Of a DNA stretch of 64,000 bases, positions 1-11,617 are shown one piece after another. The notes beneath the pieces are model-generated. The model did no database searches. It was not told where the DNA came from and saw only the letters and a list, made by a program, of their open reading frames with translations. Each line of letters begins with the position of its first letter. Position 1 is the stretch's first letter. Origin of the DNA: Gammaproteobacteria bacterium (GTDB lineage: Bacteria > Pseudomonadota > Gammaproteobacteria > UBA4575); NCBI GenBank assembly GCA_965221955.1, contig CBDCTA010000002.1, forward strand, positions 128,001 through 192,000, given 5' to 3'. The position numbers were made by a program, and so were the translations under genes.

Positions 1-429
1 GTTGCAAAAGCAATGGCTTGGATGAATAACTGCTATGTAGCGGTTGCAAACGCAACAGGTTTTGATGGCGTTTATTCATACTTTGGATACTCATCCATCA
101 TTGGATTTGATGGACGAACATTGGGCGCCTGTGCAGAAGAGGATATGGGTGTTCAATATGCCAATCTTTCCACATCACTTATACGTGATGCGCGTAAGAA
201 TCAACAATCCCAAAATCATTTGTTCAAACTTCTACATCGCGGTTACACTGGTCTCATTAATTCAGGTGATGGTGATAAAGGCGTTGCAGAATGTCCTTAT
301 GACTTCTATAAGAAGTGGGTCACTGATCCTGATGCAGCACGTGAAATGGTCGAATCCATTACCAGAACCACGGTTGGAACAGATGAATGTGAAATCGAGG
401 GAATTCCTAACCCTAAAACACATCGTTAA
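1..429 (+). CDS. amiE: Aliphatic amidase (nitrilase superfamily), 5'-truncated by the window
   Basis: Frame open from base 1 ([18 protein letters not shown]...). [24 protein letters not shown] and ECPYDFY match the AmiE C-terminal half. Confidence 0.92.
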   Translation, partial: VAKAMAWMNNCYVAVANATGFDGVYSYFGYSSIIGFDGRTLGACAEEDMGVQYANLSTSLIRDARKNQQSQNHLFKLLHRGYTGLINSGDGDKGVAECPYDFYKKWVTDPDAAREMVESITRTTVGTDECEIEGIPNPKTHR

Positions 430-445
430 TTCTGTTGTTGAAAAA

Positions 446-480
446 AAGGCGAAGACATTTTTTTGTCTTCGCCTTACTTT
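446..480 (+). terminator. Hairpin / probable intrinsic terminator after amiE
   Basis: AAGGCGAAGACA-(T-rich loop)-TGTCTTCGCCTT, followed by a T-rich run. Confidence 0.65.
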
Positions 481-533
481 TCTGTAGATTAAGGTTACAC
501 TTTTATATTGCTAGCATTTAAATCTTTAAGAAA

Positions 534-1331
534 ATGAATCTTGATAGTTATTTAATTTCCCAAGAGCCTTATTACTCTCCAACTCATAACGAGATTCAAT
601 TGTTTGAAGCAGCGTATGCGAACCGTATGCCGATGATGTTGAAAGGTCCCACTGGTTGTGGCAAAACTCGTTTTGTAGAATACATGGCTTGGATATTAAA
701 AAAGCCATTGATCACCGTATCGTGTCATGAAGATATGACGGCGTCTGATCTTGTAGGCCGTTATCTTCTCGATGCGGAAGGAACGGTTTGGCATGATGGT
801 CCTTTAACTTTGGCCGTGCGACATGGCGCAATTTGTTACTTAGATGAAATTGTTGAAGCCAGGCAAGATACCAGTGTGGTTATTCACTCATTAACAGATG
901 ATCGACGAATACTTTCGTTAGAAAAGAAAAATGAAGTTGTAAAAGCTAATAAAGATTTCCAAATCGTCATTTCTTATAATCCAGGCTATCAAAGTGTATT
1001 AAAAGATTTAAAAGAATCGACTAAACAACGTTTTGGTGCTATTGATTTTGATTATCCAAAACCAGAAGATGAAGCTGAGATCATTGCACATGAGTCAGGT
1101 ATCGATAAAAAAATTGCTAAAAAGCTTGTGCAAATTTCAGAACGTTCTCGAAATTTAAAAGGACATGGTTTAGATGAGGGGGCGTCCACGCGTATGTTAA
1201 TTTATGCTGCTCAATTAATGACACAAGGTGTTTCTTTAGAAGAAGCTTGCGAAGTTGCATTAGTATTACCCATTACGGATGATCATGATATTCGCAATGC
1301 GCTAAGTTCGGCCATAGCGGCCTGTGCGTGA
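534..1331 (+). CDS. CbbQ/NirQ/NorQ family MoxR-type AAA+ ATPase
   Basis: EPYY N-terminus, Walker [23 protein letters not shown], Walker [25 protein letters not shown]. Confidence 0.95.
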   Translation: MNLDSYLISQEPYYSPTHNEIQLFEAAYANRMPMMLKGPTGCGKTRFVEYMAWILKKPLITVSCHEDMTASDLVGRYLLDAEGTVWHDGPLTLAVRHGAICYLDEIVEARQDTSVVIHSLTDDRRILSLEKKNEVVKANKDFQIVISYNPGYQSVLKDLKESTKQRFGAIDFDYPKPEDEAEIIAHESGIDKKIAKKLVQISERSRNLKGHGLDEGASTRMLIYAAQLMTQGVSLEEACEVALVLPITDDHDIRNALSSAIAACA

Positions 1332-1336
1332 GGATT

Positions 1337-1495
1337 AGGACCTCTGATCTATTCGTGAACTCGTACCTACTGCCTAAAATATCCAGTTTCTGCGTTGCAA
1401 ACTTTCGCAATAGCTTGCTATTACGTGCGCTTCACGCCTTGAATCTGGACATTTTCGTTCACCACCTACTTCGCCCAGAATAAATCGGAGGTCCT
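1337..1495. mobile_element. MITE-like palindromic element (~160 bp)
   Basis: 18-bp terminal inverted repeats AGGACCTCTGATCTATTC (1337-1354) / GAATAAATCGGAGGTCCT (1478-1495) with 2 mismatches; inner IR AAAATATCCAG...CTGGACATTTT; central hairpin AATAGC-TT-GCTATT. Confidence 0.75.
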
Positions 1496-3807
1496 TGATT
1501 TTGGTTGCGTCCACGACGCGAGGTAAGTATGCGGTCTCACTGCAAAGTCAAGAGCCTGGTGATCCCGATGAAAGATTAGTTTATCTGATTGAGAAGGGGA
1601 AGAATCTTTTTCCTAACCAATACCAAGCTTTTTGGGAAAGTGCTTGTAACAAACTTGCACAGGCAGGATATGGAGCATTAATACCACTTTCTTACGCACG
1701 TCATTCACCTAAACTCGTCAAGCTAATTGATTCTGAGGCTGCAATAAATTTAGCTGCTTCAGTTTCTCTTGCTGCTATTAAAGTAAATCGTGCAACAGCA
1801 GAATTGCTGTCAAAAGCTGCCGTGGTTGCAGCGAGTGAGTTGAAATCTTCGCAAGCATTTACTTCATGGGTTAGTACGATAGAAGAATTGATTCATCATG
1901 CACCTGAGTCTTCGCTTGCAGTTTTAGAGCGTACACAAAAAATTGTTTCTACATTAACTCCCGATCAATTTAGGTCATGGGTGTTAGCGGGGTTGCGTTC
2001 AACAGGAGATGATGCTTTACGTCAAATTCAATATTTTTCGTTTACAGATCCAGAATCTGAAAAGTGGTTTCGACATGAAGCAGGTGATGTAGTTTTTACT
2101 GATCTTGACCGCCGTTTAAAACTTTATTTAATTTCTCTTTGGAATCTACGACCACCTATTCGTGACCTACCTGCGTCTACCTCTCCGCTATCATTAAGAC
2201 GAATATCAATTAGTAATGGAGTCGTGCAAGTTCCTGAAGTATTTCCAGGATTTCATGATGAACAAGCGGAGAATATTTTTCGTGCCGGACTCGCGCATGT
2301 CGGTGCACATTTAGTGTATTCAACAAAGAAATTTCCTTTAGGAGAGCTTAAACCAATACAAGTAGCATTGGTTTCTTTAATAGAAGACGCTCGAGTGGAA
2401 TATCTCGCTATGCAAGCTTTTCCTGGATTGCAAAAACTTTGGCAGCCGTTTCATATTGCAAAATCAAGTGGACCAAAATTAGTGCCGTTATTGTTGGCTA
2501 GACTCTCGCGGGCATTGATTGATGCAGAATATAGCGATAAAGATGGTTGGGTGCAAAAAGGTAAAGATATGTTTTTTGATGCAAAAAACGATATGACAGA
2601 TCCCGCAATGTGTCGAAGAATTGGAGTACTTTTAGGAAATGATTTAGGGCAATTACGTGCTCAATTTAATGCAAAAACTTATGTAGTAGAGCCAGCCTAT
2701 CGAGATGACAATATGGGTTTATGGGATTTTGGAGATCATCAAGGTAATGAAGAGGATAGCGATGGTATGTTTATTGAAGCCATGCGCATGGATCAACAAG
2801 AACAACAAGATGAGACATCAAATGATAATCAAGATCAACAACAAGATAATGAAGAAGATGAGCAACAATATCATGCAAGAGAAAGTTTAGATTCTGAGCA
2901 TCGGGAATCTGAAGTTGCTGTTCGTTATCCAGAATATGACTACTTAACAGGTTCCGAACGACCTAGTTGGACCTGTGTTGTGGAATATTTTGCTGATTTT
3001 GGGGATGCCTACAAAATAGATCGAATCTTAGAAAAACATAACAATCTGGTAAATAGAATTACAAATTTAATTCAAACTGCAAAAGTGAGCTTACCCGAAA
3101 GATTGCATCATCAAAGTGTAGGAGAATCATTAGATTTAGATGCTTGTATCAACGCAGTGATTAGTAGAAGGATGGGAGAAACCCCTGATCCTCGTATATA
3201 CAGTACCACTGAGCGTAAACACCGAGATCTGTCCGTATTGGTACTATTGGACATCTCAAATTCCACTAATGACAAAGTAAAAACAGCTGATACATCTGTT
3301 TTAGAACTTGAAATTCAAGCAACAAGTTTGTTGGCTTATGCAATGTCTGAGCTTGACGATCCTTTTGCAATTGCAGCTTTTTGTTCTGATGGTAAAGAAG
3401 ACGTTCATTACTACCGAGTTAAGAATTTTGATTCTCCTTACGATTCGTCTGCCCGTGCGTATTTAGCAGGATTACATGGCAAATTATCGACCAGAATGGG
3501 TGCAGCAATGAGGCATGCCACTAAAGACTTGATTGCACAACGCACACATAGACGATTATTGTTGGTGATTTCAGATGGTGAACCATCAGATATTGATGTA
3601 GAAGATCAACAATATTTAGTTGAGGATGCTCGTAAAGTAGTGCGTTCTATTTCGCGTTTAGGAATAGACACTTTTTGTGTTGGATTAGATGGAAGTGGAG
3701 ATAGTTATTTACACAAAATTTTTGGCAGAAAAAATGTAGTTATTATTGATAAACTAGACCGGTTGCCAGAAAAGTTACCCATGTTATATCTCCGCTTAAC
3801 AGCGTAA
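1495..3807 (+). CDS. CbbO/NorD family VWA-domain adaptor (start codon uncertain)
   Basis: LAHVGAHL, IEDARVE, YRDDN, YPEYDY; C-terminal VWA with MIDAS DISNS...STRMGAA...SDGEP; directly after the cbbQ-like gene. Confidence 0.92.
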   Translation: MILVASTTRGKYAVSLQSQEPGDPDERLVYLIEKGKNLFPNQYQAFWESACNKLAQAGYGALIPLSYARHSPKLVKLIDSEAAINLAASVSLAAIKVNRATAELLSKAAVVAASELKSSQAFTSWVSTIEELIHHAPESSLAVLERTQKIVSTLTPDQFRSWVLAGLRSTGDDALRQIQYFSFTDPESEKWFRHEAGDVVFTDLDRRLKLYLISLWNLRPPIRDLPASTSPLSLRRISISNGVVQVPEVFPGFHDEQAENIFRAGLAHVGAHLVYSTKKFPLGELKPIQVALVSLIEDARVEYLAMQAFPGLQKLWQPFHIAKSSGPKLVPLLLARLSRALIDAEYSDKDGWVQKGKDMFFDAKNDMTDPAMCRRIGVLLGNDLGQLRAQFNAKTYVVEPAYRDDNMGLWDFGDHQGNEEDSDGMFIEAMRMDQQEQQDETSNDNQDQQQDNEEDEQQYHARESLDSEHRESEVAVRYPEYDYLTGSERPSWTCVVEYFADFGDAYKIDRILEKHNNLVNRITNLIQTAKVSLPERLHHQSVGESLDLDACINAVISRRMGETPDPRIYSTTERKHRDLSVLVLLDISNSTNDKVKTADTSVLELEIQATSLLAYAMSELDDPFAIAAFCSDGKEDVHYYRVKNFDSPYDSSARAYLAGLHGKLSTRMGAAMRHATKDLIAQRTHRRLLLVISDGEPSDIDVEDQQYLVEDARKVVRSISRLGIDTFCVGLDGSGDSYLHKIFGRKNVVIIDKLDRLPEKLPMLYLRLTA

Positions 3808-3848
3808 AATAAGTAAAAAACTATAAGTTTTATATGGAGTGATAAAAA

Positions 3849-5786
3849 ATGTCAGACAATAAAATCTATCCAGTTCCAAGCTCCGTAGCCTCTACTGCCC
3901 ATATAGATAAAGATGCCTATGAATCTATGTATCAAGAGTCGATACAGGATCCAGAAGGATTTTGGGCCAAACAAGCTGATGAGTTTGTAAGCTGGTATAA
4001 AAAATGGGACAACGTTTTAGATTGGGATTATCACAAAGCACACATACGCTGGTTTGAAGGCGCGAGTTTAAATGTTTCTTATAATTGTATTGATCGACAT
4101 TTAGAAACACGTGCTGACCAGACTGCGATTATTTGGGAAGGTGATGACCCAAATGACGATAAACATATTACATATAAACAGCTTCACAAAGAAGTTTGCA
4201 AATTTGCAAACGTTTTAAAAAACCGCGGAGTTAAAAAAGGCGATCGAGTATGCATCTATATGCCGATGATACCCGAAGCTGCATATGCCATGTTGGCCTG
4301 TACCCGCATCGGTGCTGTACATTCCGTTGTGTTTGGTGGTTTTTCTCCTGATTCCTTACGTGATCGAATTTTAGATTCAGATTGTCGTACAGTCATTACG
4401 GCAGATGAAGGTGTTCGTGGTGGCAAAAAAGTACCTCTCAAAGCCAATACGGATAAAGCTTTAGAAGAGTGTCCAAACGTAAGTACTGTCTTGGTAATCA
4501 AACGTACAGGAGGAGATATCGATTGGCATGAGTCGCGTGACTATTGGTACTACGATGAAATGAATAGCGCGAGTGTTGATTGCGAACCTGAAAGAATGGA
4601 TGCCGAAGATCCAATGTTTATTCTCTATACCTCAGGTTCGACAGGCAAACCTAAGGGTGTATTGCACACAACCGGTGGATATCTTTTATATGCTGCGATA
4701 ACGCATAAATATGTGTTTGATTATCAAGATGGTGAGGTCTATTGGTGCACAGCAGATGTTGGTTGGGTAACAGGACATACTTATATATTGTATGGACCAT
4801 TGTGTAATGGTGCGATCACCATGATGTTTGAAGGCGTGCCTAACTATCCAGATGGTAGTCGTTTTTGGCAAGTATGTGATAAGCACAATGTTGCGAGTTT
4901 TTATACTGCTCCGACTGCAATCCGTGCATTAATGAGTTTAGGTAACGAAGCAGTTAAAAAAACCAGTCGTAAAAGTTTACGTTTATTAGGAACGGTAGGA
5001 GAGCCCATTAACCCAGAAGCATGGGAGTGGTATTACCATGTAGTTGGTGATTCACGTTGTCCAATAGTTGATACATGGTGGCAAACAGAAACAGGTGGAC
5101 ATTTAATTACACCATTGCCGGGTGCAACTGACTTGAAACCCGGCTCTGCAAGTAAACCGTTTTTTGGAATACAGCCTGCAATTGTTGACGAGAACGGAAA
5201 GGAATTAGAAGGAGAGTGTCAAGGAAACTTGGTCATGAAATACCCATGGCCAGGGCAAATGCGTTCTGTGTATGGCGATCATCAACGTTTTATTGATACC
5301 TATTTTTCGCAGTATCCTGGCATGTATTTTAGCGGTGATGGTTGTAAGAGAGACGCAGATGGTTACTACTGGATAACTGGACGAGTTGATGACGTGTTAA
5401 ATATTTCAGGTCATCGCTTAGGTACTGCAGAAGTAGAGAGTGCATTAGTGTTACACGAAAAAGTAGCTGAAGCGGCTGTAGTGGGATATCCACACGACAT
5501 CAAAGGTCAAGGAATTTATGCTTACGTAACACTTATGGCAGGCGTAGAAAGTTCAGATGATCTAAAAGAAGAACTCGTGCAATTAGTGCGTAAAGAAATT
5601 GGAGCATTTGCAAAACCAGATATTATTCAATGGGCACCAGGCTTGCCTAAAACCCGTTCTGGAAAAATTATGCGCAGAATTTTACGTAAAGTTGCAGAGA
5701 ATGAAATTGATAATTTGGGTGATACCTCAACGCTTGCAGATCCGTCTGTTGTAGACGATATTATTGCTAATCGCGCGAATGCGTAA
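3849..5786 (+). CDS. acs: Acetyl-CoA synthetase
   Basis: [31 protein letters not shown]. Confidence 0.98.
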   Translation: MSDNKIYPVPSSVASTAHIDKDAYESMYQESIQDPEGFWAKQADEFVSWYKKWDNVLDWDYHKAHIRWFEGASLNVSYNCIDRHLETRADQTAIIWEGDDPNDDKHITYKQLHKEVCKFANVLKNRGVKKGDRVCIYMPMIPEAAYAMLACTRIGAVHSVVFGGFSPDSLRDRILDSDCRTVITADEGVRGGKKVPLKANTDKALEECPNVSTVLVIKRTGGDIDWHESRDYWYYDEMNSASVDCEPERMDAEDPMFILYTSGSTGKPKGVLHTTGGYLLYAAITHKYVFDYQDGEVYWCTADVGWVTGHTYILYGPLCNGAITMMFEGVPNYPDGSRFWQVCDKHNVASFYTAPTAIRALMSLGNEAVKKTSRKSLRLLGTVGEPINPEAWEWYYHVVGDSRCPIVDTWWQTETGGHLITPLPGATDLKPGSASKPFFGIQPAIVDENGKELEGECQGNLVMKYPWPGQMRSVYGDHQRFIDTYFSQYPGMYFSGDGCKRDADGYYWITGRVDDVLNISGHRLGTAEVESALVLHEKVAEAAVVGYPHDIKGQGIYAYVTLMAGVESSDDLKEELVQLVRKEIGAFAKPDIIQWAPGLPKTRSGKIMRRILRKVAENEIDNLGDTSTLADPSVVDDIIANRANA

Positions 5787-5891
5787 ACGTATAGTAATCA
5801 TTAGCTTACGGTAGGCAAGTATTCATACATTTTCCGTTTGTCACTATTTATTGACCGCTTAGCTTTAACTGTAAAAATCAAATAGCCATTT

Positions 5892-6530
5892 TTGCTATCA
5901 ATACATGGTCCATTGGAGTTGGAGTATTCAAGGGTCATGCAGATAATAGACTCGATTTTATCTATTGAAAATCTAAAGCTAGGATTAGCAGGAATTGTAT
6001 TCTTGTTTATTATGCTATGGAGCATAAAAATTTGGCGAAAATTTCAAGCCAAAATGCAACGTGTACGTAAAAATAGAGAAGAGCTAAAGCGAATTCAAAA
6101 ATTACGTGAGCAATATAAACAAGACATCACAACTTTTCTCAACTCATATCGTAATGATATTTCAACTAAGTTAGAAAAAAGCCAAGCTGAAAAAGGTTTG
6201 TTTATATTTTGGAGTGGTGCAGAAGAAATCTTTAATAAGTTTCAAAGCGATACTTCAGAAATTAATAAATTGCCTAGCCAAGAAGAGCGTATTGCAATAC
6301 GAAGTTTTTATACTGAAGCAAAAGCGTTTTTAGATGGTATTCTGTATAACAATTATTTGTTGAAAAAGTATCAATATTTGCATTGTAAAGTAAAAACTAC
6401 CACTGCAACTTCTAGAGAAGTTAAAGAAAAAGATGATATTACTGAACAAATGTCTACACTAGGGACACAGTTACAGCAACAACATCATGAATTGTTAGAT
6501 AGTTTACAGTCTGCCAAAGTTTATTTCTAA
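5892..6530 (+). CDS. Hypothetical protein, single N-terminal TM segment then a helical region (start may be the ATG near 5937)
   Basis: 212-aa ORF with hydrophobic LGLAGIVFLFIMLWSI. Confidence 0.6.
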   Translation: MLSIHGPLELEYSRVMQIIDSILSIENLKLGLAGIVFLFIMLWSIKIWRKFQAKMQRVRKNREELKRIQKLREQYKQDITTFLNSYRNDISTKLEKSQAEKGLFIFWSGAEEIFNKFQSDTSEINKLPSQEERIAIRSFYTEAKAFLDGILYNNYLLKKYQYLHCKVKTTTATSREVKEKDDITEQMSTLGTQLQQQHHELLDSLQSAKVYF

Positions 6531-6538
6531 ATTGAGTT

Positions 6539-8011
6539 TTATTTGAAATCATCACGCCTTTTGCGTGCTTCTCGCAACTGTGTTTTTTTAGCTTTTACTC
6601 TAGCTTTAGAGTTTGTATCAATTCCCGGTGAGCGCAAAGCCAATTGGATTTGCTCCATAGCCGTTCCATATTGTCCATGTGCAGCATAATAATCGCTGAG
6701 TGATTCATGACTTCGCCATGGTTGCTGCGCTTTATTTGCAGCTTTAGCTTTTAATTTGTCAAATGCTGGATTATTAGGTTGACGGTTATCAAGCTGCTCG
6801 AGTTTTTGTAGAGCTAGCCGTGCATCACCACTTTCAATTAATGATGCGGCTAAGTAATAAATGACAGAAGGGTTGCTTGGGTAAATTTGTTCTAAACTTT
6901 TTAATATCTTTTCGGCTTTTGTGTATTGACCATCGACAGTTAGTATCTGTGCCTTGGCAAGTTTAATGGTGAGTTCGTTATCAGCATTCAAAGTAATAAG
7001 TTTAAGTTGTTGTAGAGCCTGTTGATTTCTGCCTGTACGGCTCAGTGCAAGGGCATAAGTATAAATCTCAGTATCGATTAAATCCTCTGTTCTAGTTTTC
7101 TTGCGAAAGAAATCTACTAATTGGCTTGCTTTAGTAGTGAAGGTAATCGCACGAGCTTTCGCATATTCAAAATGTATTGTGTTTGAAGTAAATGACCCTC
7201 GATATTGATTGGCGCGTGTCTTGGATTCACTGATACGACTAGTGGTGAGTGGGTGAGAGCTTAAAAATTCAGGAATTTGGCCACGATTAAGTTGAGTGTG
7301 TTTATTTAAACGCTCAAAGAATAAGGGCATTCCTTGAGGGTCTATATTTGCGCTGACTAAAAATTGCATACCGACACGATCTGCTTCTTGTTCGAAGCTT
7401 CTTGAATATGCCAGTTGTCTTTCTTGTAATCCTGATTGTGTGGTGATAATTGCAGCTTGGCCGAGCTCACCGCCTCCATATGCAGCTGCTAGAATAGACC
7501 CTAATAAAGTAAGTGCAGAAATTACACTAAACGATTTTGCATTAGCAAAGTTACGAGCGATGTGGCGTTGAGTTACGTGTGCAATCTCATGAGCAAATAC
7601 GCTAGCAACTTCACTTTCTTGATGGGCGAGTGTTAAAAGGCCTGTGTTAATCGCCACGATACCGCCGGGGAGTGCAAAAGCATTCACATTCGGGTTTTGT
7701 ACTAATATAAAAGTAAAAGGGAAATTTGAATTCACACCAGCAGAAGTGATTCGTGTGCCGAGTGAATGGATATATTGGCTCAACTCGGGGTCATTAGAGA
7801 CAGGTAGATGCCCGCGTACTTCAGCAATTAAGATTCGCCCTAGTTCTATTTCTTTGGAGATGCTTAAATCAGCATTGGCAGCTCCACCGATATCGGGAAG
7901 ATTATTTTCAGCCAGCGATATATGCGAGGCAATTATCAACAGCAATCCCAATGCAGAATAGAGCAAAGCTTTTAGGCTTGCTCTAAAAGACCAAGGATTA
8001 TTTTTGTGCAT
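6539..8011 (-). CDS. bepA: Periplasmic M48 metalloprotease with TPR repeats (BepA/YfgC)
   Basis: Signal peptide, LPDIG, NAFALPGG, HEIAHV zinc motif, EQEADRVG, FLSSHP, TPR-like C-terminus. Confidence 0.9.
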   Translation of the reverse strand: MHKNNPWSFRASLKALLYSALGLLLIIASHISLAENNLPDIGGAANADLSISKEIELGRILIAEVRGHLPVSNDPELSQYIHSLGTRITSAGVNSNFPFTFILVQNPNVNAFALPGGIVAINTGLLTLAHQESEVASVFAHEIAHVTQRHIARNFANAKSFSVISALTLLGSILAAAYGGGELGQAAIITTQSGLQERQLAYSRSFEQEADRVGMQFLVSANIDPQGMPLFFERLNKHTQLNRGQIPEFLSSHPLTTSRISESKTRANQYRGSFTSNTIHFEYAKARAITFTTKASQLVDFFRKKTRTEDLIDTEIYTYALALSRTGRNQQALQQLKLITLNADNELTIKLAKAQILTVDGQYTKAEKILKSLEQIYPSNPSVIYYLAASLIESGDARLALQKLEQLDNRQPNNPAFDKLKAKAANKAQQPWRSHESLSDYYAAHGQYGTAMEQIQLALRSPGIDTNSKARVKAKKTQLREARKRRDDFK

Positions 8012-8225
8012 ATGGTTAAGACAGACGTAGGGCCAAATCGTTTACAATATTGTAGCGGTTCAATGCATTAAAAACTGGCTAAATATATACCATATAAAAA
8101 TAAGGGTTGTTTTGTTTGAAAACTGCCATATATTAAAATATTATGATATTGTAATACGGTATTATAGCTTTGGTGCAAGCCGTCTATAAGCTAATATTGT
8201 GGAAGAATTTTAAGGAGTTTTTTAA

Positions 8226-8456
8226 ATGTCTGAGTTTGATCAAGAATTAGATGCATGTGGGTTGAATTGTCCACTTCCTATTTTAAGAGCTAAGAAAGCA
8301 TTATCTGGTATGGACACAGGTAAAATATTACACATTATTGCTACAGATCCTGGCTCAGTCAAAGACTTTGAAGCATTTTCAAAGCAGACTGGAAATGAGC
8401 TTCTTGATTCGAATGAAGATGATGGAAAGTTTTATTTTCGTATTAAGAAGAAGTAA
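8226..8456 (+). CDS. TusA/SirA family sulfur carrier
   Basis: LDACGLNCPLP (CPxP motif), ATDPGS; RBS AAGGAG. Confidence 0.92.
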   Translation: MSEFDQELDACGLNCPLPILRAKKALSGMDTGKILHIIATDPGSVKDFEAFSKQTGNELLDSNEDDGKFYFRIKKK

Positions 8457-8533
8457 TAAAATAATTATAAAGTATTAGTGACATTCTACGTCACGACTTA
8501 ATCAGTCTTAATTACTCGCTTCGTTGGTTTGTT

Positions 8534-8569
8534 AAAAATGTTCTAACCATTTGGTTAGAACATTTTTTT
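8534..8569 (+). terminator. Intrinsic terminator between the tusA-like gene and ilvH
   Basis: AAAAATGTTCTAACC-ATTT-GGTTAGAACATTTTTTT. Confidence 0.75.
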
Positions 8570-8603
8570 CTGTATTGTATTAAACGTAAATAGTAATTAC
8601 TTA

Positions 8604-9107
8604 ATGCGACATATTATTTCAGTTTTGTTAGAAAATGAAGCGGGCGCTCTTTCTAGAGTTTCCGGTTTGTTCTCTGCGCGCGGCTATAATATTGAATCAT
8701 TAACCGTAGCACCCACTGATGATGAAACAGTTTCACGAATTACAGTTGTAACAGGTGGGAGTGATGAGGTCATTGCTCAAATTGTAAACCAACTAAACAA
8801 GTTAGTGGATGTCGTCAAAGTGCTTAATTTGACGTCTGATGAGCATATTGAAAGAGAAGTGCTTTTATTAAAGCTTCGTAACACCGAAGCTTCCAATGCC
8901 GCAATAGAAGTATTAACTAATGAAGAATATAAAGGCAGGGTGGTGAATGATTCGAACGGGGCCATTGTTGTAGAGATTACGGGCATAGGAGAGAAGCTCG
9001 ATCGAGCAATTCATGTAGTACCACAAGAAGAAATTTTTGAATTAGTACGTTCGGGTGCGCTTGGTATTGCAACAGGGAAGCAAGTATTAAAATTAGAGTC
9101 TATGTAA
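8604..9107 (+). CDS. ilvH: Acetolactate synthase small regulatory subunit
   Basis: MRHIISVLLENEAGALSRVSGLFSARGYNIESL ACT domain. Confidence 0.95.
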   Translation: MRHIISVLLENEAGALSRVSGLFSARGYNIESLTVAPTDDETVSRITVVTGGSDEVIAQIVNQLNKLVDVVKVLNLTSDEHIEREVLLLKLRNTEASNAAIEVLTNEEYKGRVVNDSNGAIVVEITGIGEKLDRAIHVVPQEEIFELVRSGALGIATGKQVLKLESM

Positions 9108-9132
9108 TTAAAAGTTTTTAGAGGTTTAGTAA

Positions 9133-10161
<1,029 letters not shown>

Positions 10162-10200
10162 AATTAGGTTTTATGACGTCTTATATGTCATAAACGTATC

Positions 10201-10818
10201 ATGATTCCAATTGCTAAAGAAGTTCGTCTACTTTTAGTAGTAATTGGAATCGTCTTAGTATTTGCTCAATATAAACTAAGCTTACAATCTTTGTGGATTG
10301 TTTGGCTTATATATATTGTTCTTCTTTTTTTGTTTCGTGACTTTAGTCGAGAAGTTCCCTCTCAACCTTTAGCGATTATCAGCCCTATTGACGGTAAAGT
10401 TACCCAAGTTGAAGAAGCCTATGATCCATATATGCATCGTGTGGCAAAGTGTATCCATTTAAGACAATCTATTTTAGGTGAATTTAATGTGCACAGCCCC
10501 GTCGAAGGGAATGTACAAAATTTGTGGGTCATTTCTCCTACTGAACCAACCTACACACAACTTGCGATAAGTTTACAAACCGATGAAAAAGATGATGCGG
10601 TAGTGGCTGCAGATTTAAAATCTATATTCCGACATGCCACTTGCTCGGTGAGCACTGGAGATCGTTTAGGTCAAGGACAGCGCTGTGGATTTATGGCTTT
10701 TGCGTGTAATTTGGTGATATATCTCCCTACTTCTGCTCATGTAGCTATAAAGGCAGGACAGTCGGTTCGCGCTGGCAGTGACAAATTGGCAGAATTCGTA
10801 CATGAAACCAGTTCATAA
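10201..10818 (+). CDS. Phosphatidylserine decarboxylase-like protein, lacking the canonical GS cleavage motif
   Basis: FLFRD...ISPIDGKV, NVH, GQRCGF, VRAG; lies between ilvC and pssA. Confidence 0.8.
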   Translation: MIPIAKEVRLLLVVIGIVLVFAQYKLSLQSLWIVWLIYIVLLFLFRDFSREVPSQPLAIISPIDGKVTQVEEAYDPYMHRVAKCIHLRQSILGEFNVHSPVEGNVQNLWVISPTEPTYTQLAISLQTDEKDDAVVAADLKSIFRHATCSVSTGDRLGQGQRCGFMAFACNLVIYLPTSAHVAIKAGQSVRAGSDKLAEFVHETSS

Positions 10819-10825
10819 TACACGT

Positions 10826-11617
10826 ATGAGTGAAAAACAACGGGAATCACGAAAACCACGTAAGGGCATTTATTTGCTGCCTAACTTGCTGACTACAGGA
10901 GCATTGTTTGCGGGTTTTTATGCCATTATCGCCGCGACTGCAGATCGCTTTGAACAAGCAGCGATTGCCATTGTTATTGCAATGTTTCTTGATGGGTTTG
11001 ATGGACGAGTAGCGCGTATGACGCATACAAGCACAGAGTTTGGTTCGCAGTATGATAGTTTGTCTGACATGGTGTCATTTGGAATCGCGCCTGCATTAGT
11101 TATGTATTTTTGGGCGCTTATTCATTTCCAAGGTTACCCTGTGATGTCGAAGTTGGGTTGGTTGGCAGCATTTTTCTATACTGCCTCCGCCGCATTGCGT
11201 CTAGCAAGATTTAATACTCGCATCAGTGATGATAACAAACGTTATTTTCAAGGTTTGCCCAGCCCAGCTGCAGCGGCAGCTATGGTGGGTTTTATTTGGG
11301 TATGTCACGATCTGCAATTATCACGTGCAGATTTTGCAATCCCTGCATTGATCGTCACGATATTATTAGGTGCTTTAATGGTAAGTAACTTTAGTTACTA
11401 CAGTTTTAAAGACATTAGTCCTAGCGAACGTGTACCATTTTATGCATTACTTGCGATTGTTGTAGGTTTTATTTTAGCTTCAATCGACACGCCAAAATTC
11501 TTTTTTGCCTTGTTTGCTGTCTATGCCTTGTCGGGCCCAATGACGCATTTGCTACGTGTGCAGCGCAAACGCAAACAGCGAGCTCAAGAAGTTAGTGAGA
11601 ATCAAAGTGAGCAATAA
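10826..11617 (+). CDS. pssA: CDP-diacylglycerol--serine O-phosphatidyltransferase
   Basis: GIYLLPNLLT, DGFDGRVAR...FGSQYDSLSDMVSFG, RLARFN, FQGLPSPAAA. Confidence 0.95.
   Translation: MSEKQRESRKPRKGIYLLPNLLTTGALFAGFYAIIAATADRFEQAAIAIVIAMFLDGFDGRVARMTHTSTEFGSQYDSLSDMVSFGIAPALVMYFWALIHFQGYPVMSKLGWLAAFFYTASAALRLARFNTRISDDNKRYFQGLPSPAAAAAMVGFIWVCHDLQLSRADFAIPALIVTILLGALMVSNFSYYSFKDISPSERVPFYALLAIVVGFILASIDTPKFFFALFAVYALSGPMTHLLRVQRKRKQRAQEVSENQSEQ

Noticed and set aside
1328-1483. GTG-start ORF overlapping the cbbQ stop and reading through the MITE
   Set aside because: Stops at 1483, is out of frame with cbbO and consists of repeat sequence
2785-2875. CAA/GAT-rich low-complexity tract
   Set aside because: Encodes the acidic Q/D/E linker of the VWA protein; not a separate repeat element
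534-3807. Evidence for carbon fixation or denitrification from cbbQ/cbbO
   Set aside because: No Rubisco or nor genes in the window, so the pathway cannot be inferred
8457-8603. Ile/Leu/Val attenuator before ilvH
   Set aside because: A terminator is present but I found no convincing leader ORF with a start codon and an ILV run
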